From an uncultured Clostridia bacterium (GTDB lineage Bacteria; Bacillota; Clostridia; TANB77; CAG-508): DNA of 64,000 bases. This document shows, in pieces, positions 8,798 to 17,242 of the stretch. The number at the start of each line of letters is the position of its first letter. The first letter of the stretch is position 1. Location: positions 9,789-73,788 of the forward strand of contig CAQUBD010000003.1 in NCBI GenBank assembly GCA_948891265.1, given 5' to 3'. The notes under the pieces were generated by a model. It did no database searches and was not told where the DNA came from. It worked only from the letters and a program-made list of their open reading frames with translations. Position numbers and translations under genes: made by a program.

Positions 8798-8962
8798 GCA
8801 ATAATAAAAAACAACAGTAAATTATAAGTTATAATAATTTAAAACGAAAATAAACTTAATCCGTTCACTTAGTGTACTAGTTTAATGCACCAAGTGAACT
8901 TATTTAAATTTATAGTATTTTACAGCCAATAGTACTAGATTTTTTGTAATTGACATCATCAT

Positions 8963-9085
8963 GGTACTGAAGAATTAGCACACTTAGAAATGGTTGGAAC
9001 AATAGTACACCAATTAACAAAAAATGCATCAATAGAAGAAATTGAAAAAGCGGGATTAAGTGCATATTATACAGATCATGGGGTG
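8963..9085 (+). CDS. cotJC: Middle segment (fragment 2 of 3) of the CotJC-like Mn-catalase gene
   Basis: GTEELAHLEMVGTIVHQLTKNASIEEIEKAGLSAYYTDHGV matches the central Mn-catalase region (DIGTEELAHLEMIATMVYKLTKDATPEQLREAGL..HY.DHG). The frame runs into a stop at 9092 after leaving homology. Confidence 0.75.
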
Positions 9086-9134
9086 GGTTTGTAATATCTC
9101 CTAATCCTGCTTTTTATTTTTTACTAATATAAAA

Positions 9135-9968
9135 TTAATTATCATTTTCAAATAATTCTTTAATATATAATTCTCTATTTTTAAGTTCATTGTTTTTACC
9201 TTGTAATAAATTCTCAAAAAACATTACTAAATAATCAAATGTAGGATAAATTCCTTTTGGAATATTTCCATAGTTACTTCTAACTAGTGCATTTCTAAAA
9301 TATAAGCTTTTATCTTTAAACATATCATTATTAACATTAAATCCCATATTATTAAGATATTTTTCAATAAATACTGCTGTAGTTCTAGTATTTCCTTCTC
9401 CAAATGGATGTACTTGCCAAATGCTTGAAGTGAATTTTGAAATATGTTTAATTAATTCATCATTATTTAGTTTTGAATAATCAAATTCTTTTTCTTCTTT
9501 AAAATCATAATCAAAATAGCTTTCTATATCTTGATAATTTACATATTTAACGGTATGGCCATTTAGGATGTTCTCTTTTTTGGTAATATTATAATTCCTA
9601 TAATTACCTGCAAAATCATAAATATCTTTAAATAGGTATTTATGAATATTCTTTAAAGTAATAGGACTAAAACCAAAGCTCTTATCTTCTAAAAGCTGTG
9701 CTATTCTTAAAGATACTAAATCGCATTCTTTTTCTTTTTGAATATTTATATCATTATGATTTTGTGTTTCATAATATGTTTTTAATAAGTTTTCTACTTC
9801 GTAATATTTTAATTCTCCATTAATATTTTTTTCAGATAAGTCTAATAAATATTTAGAAGGCTTTAAATTATCAACTTTATTTAATCCAATACCCGTATTC
9901 CAATATTCTTGTTTTTTTGTAGTATCAGTTATTTCATTTTCAATTATATAATTTTCTTCATTAGACAT
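9135..9968 (-). CDS. Fic/DOC family protein (putative AMPylator / toxin-like)
   Basis: HPFGEGNTRTTAVF matches the Fic motif HPFx(D/E)GNGR with one substitution. Length 277 aa. Confidence 0.8.
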   Translation of the reverse strand: MSNEENYIIENEITDTTKKQEYWNTGIGLNKVDNLKPSKYLLDLSEKNINGELKYYEVENLLKTYYETQNHNDINIQKEKECDLVSLRIAQLLEDKSFGFSPITLKNIHKYLFKDIYDFAGNYRNYNITKKENILNGHTVKYVNYQDIESYFDYDFKEEKEFDYSKLNNDELIKHISKFTSSIWQVHPFGEGNTRTTAVFIEKYLNNMGFNVNNDMFKDKSLYFRNALVRSNYGNIPKGIYPTFDYLVMFFENLLQGKNNELKNRELYIKELFENDN

Positions 9969-10045
9969 ATAAAAACCTCCTAAAATTTCTCTTTTTCATA
10001 CCTTAATATTATACCATAAAATGCCTAAACTTACTATAGTTTTGC

Positions 10046-11674
10046 CTAAAAATTCCAATGAATTACAACATCTTGAGTTTTAGTCTTTTTGTCTGCTCTG
10101 CAAATTTCATCTGTAACAGGCAAAGCCTTAACAGCTGAAAATTTTTCTCCAATTTCAATATAATCTATAAAGCTATTAACAATATCATAATTAAGTTCTT
10201 TAAAATCTTTAAAGTGATTAATTATTTTCTCTTTTTGTTCTTTTATAAATTTACTGTTTAATTCTTTTTCCTTTAAATTAGATAAATCATTTTCGACTTT
10301 TATTAGTTCTTTTTGCTTTGCTGATTTATCAGATAAAAAAGAGGAGTTTAAATCTTCAAATACATCTTCTGGAACTTTGCCACTTACTTTGTTTAAGTAA
10401 AGTTCTTTTATAGCTTTATTAATGCTTTCCATATCTTTAGATAAAGTTTCTTTTTTGTTTTCTAGTAATTTGGATTTATTTATGTTGTCATTTGAAACAA
10501 ATAACTCATCAGAAATATTATCAAAGTCATAAAATGCTAAAATTTTCTCTTTAATTTTTTCTGTTACTAAATTTTTAAGATTTTCATAGCCAATAGAATG
10601 TGTAGTGCAAGTTCCATATAACTTTCTAGAGCCTTTACAAGAAAAATAAATGTAACCTCTATCATTTTTGCATTTATAAAGTTTTGTTCCACAATCTAAA
10701 CATACTAGCTTATTAGCAAATATATGAACTTCGCCATTTTTACATCTTCTTGTTTTATTTTTAAAGATTTCTTGAACTTTATAAAATTGTTCTTTAGTAA
10801 TAATAGGTTCGTGAGTATTTTCTACAATAATCCATTCTGATTTAGGCTGATTTACCATTTTTTTAGATTTATAGCTTACTTTTTTATTATAACCTTGTAC
10901 CAAATTACCAATATAAACTTCATTTTTCAGTATTTTACTGACTGTAGATTCACACCAATAGTCAATATTTTTGCCTTGATTTCTAAAATTAATTCCTTGT
11001 GACTGTTTATATTTAGTTGGTGTTAAAATACCTTTGTCGTTTAATATTTGAGCAATTTTAGTAACACCATTTCCTTGTTCATAAAGGTTAAAAATCAATT
11101 TAATAACATCGGCTACTTCTGTATCAATAACAAGTTTATTTTTATTCTCTGGACTTCTTTTATATCCATAGCACACAAAAGAGCCAATATGTAATCCTTG
11201 TTTTCTTTTACTATCAAATGTTTTTCTAATATTTTCTGATAAATCCTCTAAATACCACTCATTAACTAAACCATTGATTTGTCTTGATTTCTTATTTCCT
11301 TTATCTAATGTATCAACATGATCTACAAGGCTAACAAATCTAATATTCCACTCGATAAATTTATTGTGTAGGTATTTTTCAACTATTTCCATATCACGAG
11401 TAAATCTACTTTGTGTTTTACAAAGTACAATATCAAATTTATGGCTTTTAGCATCTTCTAATAATTTATTAAATTCAGGTCGTTCACTGTCGATTCCAGA
11501 ATAGTCCTCATCACAGTAAATGTTATAAATATCCCAGCTCCTTTCTATTGCATAATTGATTAGCATAGATTTTTGATTTTGGATACTTTCGCTTTCATCG
11601 TTTTCGTGTAGTTTGTCATCATCTTCACGAGAAAGCCTACAATAAATTGCCACTCTCATAAGTTTACCCTCCAA
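10046..11674 (-). CDS. Large serine recombinase, 542 aa
   Basis: MRVAIYCRLSREDD... catalytic motif, a recombinase domain, a Cys zinc-ribbon (CLDCGTKLYKC...C) and a coiled-coil C-terminal region. Confidence 0.9.
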   Translation of the reverse strand: MEGKLMRVAIYCRLSREDDDKLHENDESESIQNQKSMLINYAIERSWDIYNIYCDEDYSGIDSERPEFNKLLEDAKSHKFDIVLCKTQSRFTRDMEIVEKYLHNKFIEWNIRFVSLVDHVDTLDKGNKKSRQINGLVNEWYLEDLSENIRKTFDSKRKQGLHIGSFVCYGYKRSPENKNKLVIDTEVADVIKLIFNLYEQGNGVTKIAQILNDKGILTPTKYKQSQGINFRNQGKNIDYWCESTVSKILKNEVYIGNLVQGYNKKVSYKSKKMVNQPKSEWIIVENTHEPIITKEQFYKVQEIFKNKTRRCKNGEVHIFANKLVCLDCGTKLYKCKNDRGYIYFSCKGSRKLYGTCTTHSIGYENLKNLVTEKIKEKILAFYDFDNISDELFVSNDNINKSKLLENKKETLSKDMESINKAIKELYLNKVSGKVPEDVFEDLNSSFLSDKSAKQKELIKVENDLSNLKEKELNSKFIKEQKEKIINHFKDFKELNYDIVNSFIDYIEIGEKFSAVKALPVTDEICRADKKTKTQDVVIHWNF

Positions 11675-11724
11675 TCGGTAAACTACTCATTTTGTACAAC
11701 CCCATTATACAATAACAAGTAGTT

Positions 11725-11853
11725 TTAATCAACGCTCTTTGCAAATTCATTTATAATTAATTTATTAACAATATTATTTATATATTTTATAATATCATCT
11801 ATATTTTCATATTTGTTCTTTTCAATAACATTAAAATTAACTTTTTCGCACAT
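11725..11853 (-). CDS. Small ORF (42 aa) upstream of the recombinase; candidate excision/directionality factor or regulator
   Basis: Strong GGAGGAAC RBS 5 nt before the ATG; MCEKVNFNVIEKNKYENIDDIIKYINNIVNKLIINEFAKSVD. No homology recognised. Confidence 0.3.
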   Translation of the reverse strand: MCEKVNFNVIEKNKYENIDDIIKYINNIVNKLIINEFAKSVD

Positions 11854-12058
11854 AACAGGTTCCTCCTTTTAGCAAGAGCTCCCATACTCCTGCTATTAAT
11901 TCATATTCAAAAGGGCTTGTATTTGTGCTAAAAAGCAAAAAAATAAAGCCCTTTTACAATCTTGGCTTTAAAATAAAAATATATTTAATTAACATATGTT
12001 TTTCCTCATTTCTTACTATATAAAAACAAAATTTTATTAAAAATCTAATAAAATCTTG

Positions 12059-12526
12059 TTACCTACTAAAACAACATACATGTTTATATTTTTGTATTGG
12101 TACTTTGATATTCATATTTATAGTTTTTGGAATATCAAATCCGACTTTTAATTTTCTATCTATTACTAAATTTCCTTTACTATTTGTATGATAAGAACTT
12201 GAATTCCATTTTGCAAAAGCATAGTCTGACATAATATTAGTAGTATAAGATAATTCTATTGCATCTTGTTTTTGCTGTGATATCATTTGTTCATAACTGT
12301 TGTCATCTTTCTTTGGTCTGTCATAAGTTTTAAGATATTCTTGTAAATAAACTTTTCTATTTTTAGCATTTGTTTTTTTACGAGTTTCCTTTTCTTGTTT
12401 GTTTCTATTGTCAGCTTTTACAACCTTTGAAACATAAGGACAGCTTTTTCCAACTATTTTAGCAATTTCATTTTGTTTTAGATGGTCATTATAATATAAG
12501 TTTAAAATCTGTTCTTTAGTATTCAA
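12059..12526 (-). CDS. Helix-turn-helix DNA-binding protein (sigma-70 region-4-like HTH at the N-terminus)
   Basis: LKQNEIAKIVGKSCPYVSKVV is a typical HTH. The long basic tail is uncharacterised. Confidence 0.55.
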   Translation of the reverse strand: MNTKEQILNLYYNDHLKQNEIAKIVGKSCPYVSKVVKADNRNKQEKETRKKTNAKNRKVYLQEYLKTYDRPKKDDNSYEQMISQQKQDAIELSYTTNIMSDYAFAKWNSSSYHTNSKGNLVIDRKLKVGFDIPKTINMNIKVPIQKYKHVCCFSR

Positions 12527-12585
12527 TTTTTCTTTTTCCTCCTTTGGTTAACTTTTTGTTTGCAAGATTTTAAATACAATTCGCC

Positions 12586-12614
12586 TATTGACATTTGTTA
12601 TTAATTGTTGTATT
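12586..12614 (+). promoter_or_regulatory. Sigma-A-like promoter candidate
   Basis: ttgaca, then 17 nt, then tattat, in the divergent intergenic region upstream of 12744. Confidence 0.35.
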
Positions 12615-12743
12615 ATTATATTGTAAAAAATCTTACATAATAATTTCATATTGTTATTATACGATTATAATTTATATTTGTCAATACAATTTTAAACATT
12701 TTATTAAAATTTTTTACAAAACAAAAAACGAAGGAGATAAAAA

Positions 12744-13877
12744 ATGAGAGAATTACCTCGCCATCTTGTTTTAGAAGATTTCTATATATGGTTTAATATG
12801 AAAGATAAAGAAGAATATTATGCAACACCATTATATTTATATAATGTATTAAGAAAAGATACAGACAAAGAAAATGATGAAGAAAAAAAGAAAGATGAAA
12901 CAAGAGTATATTTAGAGTTAGAAAAGGATATTTCAAAAACAAAATTAAATAAGAAAAAAGAAGTTATTAGACAACCTTCAACTATTTATATTCATTATGC
13001 AGAAAGCATAGGCTCATTGTTAATAAATTTTTTAAATGCTGACTTTTCATCTTTTCAATCTGCTTATAATACATTTTTTTATGCCTATGGTTTTGAATTA
13101 ATAAAAGAATATACACCTTACATATATTCAAAAACTGATGAGTGTATAACAGATGTAGAATTTATGAAAATGTTAGAAGATATTTATAACACAAGCCTAG
13201 ATGATTTATTAGAATGGCAAGATAATTTCAAGAAATGTGTAGATTTTGTATATAACTTAAATGGAAATGAAGAATTAAAAGAATATAATACATATTCAAA
13301 ATTTGTTGCTTATACAATTAAACACAACGAACTTTATACATATTCACAAGATGTAGAGGTTATATTAGATAATTATATAAATATACACAACCATCATCAC
13401 AATGAAAGTATAGAATATTTAATAAAAGGTATTGAAGATAAAAATCCAAATTTAGAATTACACAATGTTTATACAAGTACAAAATTGAGAAGTATTTGTT
13501 TTACTATATTAGATCAACTTGTAAGACAAGAAAATCTATCAATTAAAACTTGCCAAATTTGTGGTAGATATTTCATACCAACCTTTAGACAAAATGAAAT
13601 TTATTGTGATTTGAAAAATGTTGATGGTACACCAACTTGTAGAGATAAGGGAGCAAGTGAAACTTATAAAAAGAGTCTTAAAAGTAATCCAGCATTATTA
13701 CTTTATAGAAGAACATATCAGCAAAAGGTTATGACAGTATATAGAAACAAAGAAAATAAGCAATTAAAGAAAGATTTTGACAAATGGAAAAAAGAAGCAC
13801 AAGAAAAAATTAAATTATTCAAAAAAGGCAAACTAGATGAAGATACTTTGTATAATTGGATGATTGAAAATAAATAG
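12744..13877 (+). CDS. Hypothetical protein (377 aa) with a C-terminal Cys cluster; possible TnpY-like accessory protein
   Basis: C-terminal CQICGRYF...YCDL...PTCRDKG zinc-ribbon-like cluster. No family confidently recognised. Confidence 0.55.
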   Translation: MRELPRHLVLEDFYIWFNMKDKEEYYATPLYLYNVLRKDTDKENDEEKKKDETRVYLELEKDISKTKLNKKKEVIRQPSTIYIHYAESIGSLLINFLNADFSSFQSAYNTFFYAYGFELIKEYTPYIYSKTDECITDVEFMKMLEDIYNTSLDDLLEWQDNFKKCVDFVYNLNGNEELKEYNTYSKFVAYTIKHNELYTYSQDVEVILDNYINIHNHHHNESIEYLIKGIEDKNPNLELHNVYTSTKLRSICFTILDQLVRQENLSIKTCQICGRYFIPTFRQNEIYCDLKNVDGTPTCRDKGASETYKKSLKSNPALLLYRRTYQQKVMTVYRNKENKQLKKDFDKWKKEAQEKIKLFKKGKLDEDTLYNWMIENK

Positions 13878-13881
13878 AAAT

Positions 13882-13916
13882 AAATCCCTAAGTAAATTAA
13901 CTACTATAGGGATTTA
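13882..13916. terminator. Bidirectional terminator hairpin between convergent genes
   Basis: aaatcccta...tagggattt, a 9-bp perfect stem. Confidence 0.45.
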
Positions 13917-13939
13917 TTTCGTATGTGAGGAATCAATTA

Positions 13940-14293
13940 TTACTTATACTTTTTATTATTTCTTTCGTCATTTTTCTTTGCATCTATTGCCAGCATAACA
14001 ATGCCTATCATAGATAGAACGGCAATAGGCGCAGCTACATAAGGTTCCATCCAACCTTTTGTACTGCTTATAATTGAACACGCACATATAACACAGAGAA
14101 GAAAAAATAATAAGAAAAAATGAGTGACTGATATGAATTTATCATACAAGTTTGATTCCTCTGATTTTCTTACAAATTGTTCAAGAGCTTTATCTTCAAA
14201 AGGTTCTGACCGCTCTTGTTCTTCTAACATCTGTTGAAATTCTTCTTCTGACATTTCTAGAGCTTTTTTTACTGTCATTCTCTTGTCATCCAT
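13940..14293 (-). CDS. Hypothetical membrane protein (two C-terminal TM helices), higher GC
   Basis: Hydrophobic segments FFLLFFLLCVICACSII and APIAVLSMIGIVMLAI. Confidence 0.45.
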   Translation of the reverse strand: MDDKRMTVKKALEMSEEEFQQMLEEQERSEPFEDKALEQFVRKSEESNLYDKFISVTHFFLLFFLLCVICACSIISSTKGWMEPYVAAPIAVLSMIGIVMLAIDAKKNDERNNKKYK

Positions 14294-14483
14294 AAAATTT
14301 ACCTCCTATTATTATGTTGGAATTTTCCATTACATTGTCAATTATATCAAAAAATTCTCTAAAATATTTGTATTTTACATAAAAATATGATAAACTATTA
14401 AATATAAAATTTTATAATCTCCTTTTGGAGTTTATCATAGATAACAAGTAAACAGCACAATTAATATTGGAGGAGGTAAACAT

Positions 14484-14882
14484 ATGAAAGTAAAAACAGA
14501 ATATGTATCTATAACTCAGGCAGAAAGGATATTCGAAGTTATAAAGCAATCATTAAGCGTTACAAAGGATATTCAAATTTTTGTAGCAGAAGAATTGATT
14601 AAAGAATTACGGAGAAATGGCGTAGAACACCATGTTTATGAATTTAACGGAATGGGTTGTCATCATTATAATAAAGATGATGATGGTTTTGGAGGAGAAA
14701 CTTGGTATGGATATCATAAAGAACATGCTTTTTCACCTGTAATATCTTCAGCAAGCTTTATTTCCAATTGTAAAGGTTATTATCAGTTAGTAGAATTTCC
14801 AAATAAGAAAGTTCCAAGTGATTATTTACACTATGCAGTGGGATTTAAGGAATTGTTATTGATTGAAGTAGATACAATCTAA
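14484..14882 (+). CDS. Hypothetical protein, higher GC
   Basis: ORF preceded by a GGAGGAGG RBS. No family recognised. Confidence 0.5.
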   Translation: MKVKTEYVSITQAERIFEVIKQSLSVTKDIQIFVAEELIKELRRNGVEHHVYEFNGMGCHHYNKDDDGFGGETWYGYHKEHAFSPVISSASFISNCKGYYQLVEFPNKKVPSDYLHYAVGFKELLLIEVDTI

Positions 14883-14924
14883 AAAAGAGTAGCTTGTAAA
14901 CACATTTGTTAAGGAGGTACCAAA

Positions 14925-15116
14925 ATGGCGAATGAAAGAAATGTAGATTTAATGAACAATTTCGACAAGAGAAATGTTGAAAGTATTGACAAGCATATTA
15001 GAGAAGATGAACTTCCCCAAGAAGTATATGGAATGCTTGTTGATGAATCTGGACACGGAAAAGTCAAAGTATCAGAAGAAAGCAGAAAAATTTGTGCAAA
15101 AAATCTTTTGAAATGA
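14925..15116 (+). CDS. Small hypothetical protein, 63 aa
   Basis: AAGGAGG RBS. A terminator hairpin (aatgagag...ctctcatt, 15140-15175) follows. Confidence 0.4.
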   Translation: MANERNVDLMNNFDKRNVESIDKHIREDELPQEVYGMLVDESGHGKVKVSEESRKICAKNLLK

Positions 15117-15192
15117 TTTTTAAATTTCAAATCGCTAATGGAATGAGAGCCTATATGGACTCTCATTTCATTTCTACGATTTATATCTTATA

Positions 15193-16371
15193 TCAAATTT
15201 CTAAATCCCACTCTTTTTCTCTTTCTTCATGTTCAAGTTGTTTTACTGGATCAATAAATGTATGAGTGTCTTCTTCAAATTTTTTAACTAATTCTTTTGA
15301 TTCGCCAATACCAAATTTATGGCAAATCCAAACTATAAATTTATCAACAGTTTCATAGAATTTATCTATAATTTTGTGTAAATGACTATTTTCCTTTTCT
15401 AAACTTTTAATTTTACTTTTATATTTCCATTCAATATCAAATTCTTTTTCCTTATATTCTGCTTTAATATTGTTTACTTGATTATGAAGTTCTTTATTAT
15501 CAGCAAGTATAGAGTTTCTTTCTTTTTGATATTTTTCAGCTACATTAACTAAATTTACCTGTTTGGATAGTTCATTATGCAATTTTAAATTTTCTTGATA
15601 CAATTCCATAATTTTATCATCTTTTGGCTTAATAATTTCGTTTTCTACTTTTTCTCTATTAAGTTTTATTAGTTTAATATCATTTATATCTGGAGTTTCG
15701 GGTAATTCTAGTTTTATATTATCTAAAATCTTTTTAGTGTTTTCAAAATTAGTCAATTTCTTTAAATCCTCAATTTTTTCGTGTTTTGCACCAGTTTCTT
15801 CTACTGGTAAACCTCGCTCTAAATCAAACCCTTTTGAAGTTATATATTTGTGAAAAGCATTTTGTAGTTGTCTGTAACTATCTCTGCCTTTCCAAAAATC
15901 TCTACAGCATATTTTATCAATGTCATTTCCTTCTTTATCTTTTGTATGGATTACTGGTATATACACTAAATGCATGTGTGGAGTGGTTTCATCTAAATGT
16001 ACTGCTGCTGATACAATATACTTTTCTTCAAGATTATTATAATTACATACAAATTTATAACTTTCTTTAAAATATCTTTTAGTTTCTTCTAAACCAATCT
16101 TATTAAAAAAAGCATTATCAGAAGTAATCATTATTTCACACATGATATTACTATTACTTCTAATAGTGCCTTTTAAATCATATTCCTTTTTCATTTTATC
16201 AAATTCTTTTATATAAGTTAATTCGTTTTTCTTACACCAAAAATTGAGATGTGTTCTTGTAGGATCAATATCTTTATTAGAATGACCTTTTGACCTTCTA
16301 TCATTGTGAATGTATGATCCTTGTGCATCCACTCTTGTTAATTTATCATTTCTTATAATAGCATAGCTCAT
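15193..16371 (-). CDS. mob: MobV-family (Pre/Mob, pMV158 MobM-like) mobilization relaxase
   Basis: N-terminus MSYAIIRNDKLTR...HNDR...HSNKDIDPTRTHLN and HLDETTPHMHLVYIP (HxDE...PHxH) match MobM motifs. The coiled-coil C-terminus is typical of the family. Confidence 0.85.
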   Translation of the reverse strand: MSYAIIRNDKLTRVDAQGSYIHNDRRSKGHSNKDIDPTRTHLNFWCKKNELTYIKEFDKMKKEYDLKGTIRSNSNIMCEIMITSDNAFFNKIGLEETKRYFKESYKFVCNYNNLEEKYIVSAAVHLDETTPHMHLVYIPVIHTKDKEGNDIDKICCRDFWKGRDSYRQLQNAFHKYITSKGFDLERGLPVEETGAKHEKIEDLKKLTNFENTKKILDNIKLELPETPDINDIKLIKLNREKVENEIIKPKDDKIMELYQENLKLHNELSKQVNLVNVAEKYQKERNSILADNKELHNQVNNIKAEYKEKEFDIEWKYKSKIKSLEKENSHLHKIIDKFYETVDKFIVWICHKFGIGESKELVKKFEEDTHTFIDPVKQLEHEEREKEWDLEI

Positions 16372-16389
16372 ATCTTCTTTGAACCTCCT

Positions 16390-16560
16390 TCTTTGCTCAA
16401 GATATTCTTTGAATGTCTAACATACTAGACAAACAAGTTTGTCCCGTATGGCAGGGTTTAGCAACCCTACAACCCAAACCTAAAAATTGCTACTCGCATT
16501 TTTAGATTATTTCATAAAAAATGCTTATCGCAATTTTTATGAAATATGAGCAAAAAAATA
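16390..16560. promoter_or_regulatory. Candidate oriT / mob promoter region
   Basis: Inverted repeats gacaaac-aa-gtttgtc (16420-16437), agggtt-tagc-aaccct (16445-16460) and tcataaaaa...tttttatga (16510-16545), immediately upstream of the relaxase gene. Confidence 0.3.
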
Positions 16561-17242
16561 AATTTTTTTACTCATTTCACTTTAGCAACTATCAAGCAGA
16601 AGCCAGAGGGAGAGAGATAAAGTGAATTAGGTGTAATAATCCCATTTGTGAAAAATAGAATTATTACACCTATATAAGTTGAAACCGTCGGTCGTTCGCC
16701 TCGTTTCATAGGTAGTCTAGTAAGTAGTGATATTACTACTATAATTGCTGATGCTTAGGCTGTTAAACTTTTAGTTGTTACAGCCTAAGTATGCAAAATA
16801 ATTGAAAATTATTTTGTATTACCTTACATCTTTGTTCATACTTGCCCAAACTTTTTACAATTACAAATCCATATCAAATATGCCACCGAATACTCTTTTA
16901 TTATTGTGAGTCTGTGTTCTAAAATCTCACTCACGCACTTTGTATAATTAGACTGCTTATACTAATACGCGCATACTTTATAGCATCGGCTTGCTAAACC
17001 AAGAACTTTTATAGAGGTTCTGCATATCTCTTGCAATAAAAAAAGACATCTGTAACTTTTGCATTACAAATGACTTTCTTATTTAATATTTAATTATCTT
17101 TGTCCTCACAATCGATTTTAAGCAGAATAAAATTGTAAGGTAATAAATAATGCCTACAAAAAAATGTAGGCATAAAACTTCTTGTACAAAATAAGTAGTT
17201 ACATATATATTTTCTTTTAGGATAGATAACAAACACACACCA

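Larger units (their letters stand above)
3954..8962. mobile_element. Intervening element A (~5.0 kb), inserted in the cotJC-like gene. Contents: large serine recombinase, radical SAM gene, type III TA candidate
   Basis: Bounded by a 16-bp direct repeat ggtactgaagaattag (3938-3953 and 8963-8978). Imperfect inverted arms tgatgatgtcaat / attgacatcatca lie just inside each junction, as expected for attL/attR of a serine integrase. The cotJC reading frame resumes precisely at 8963. Confidence 0.75.
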
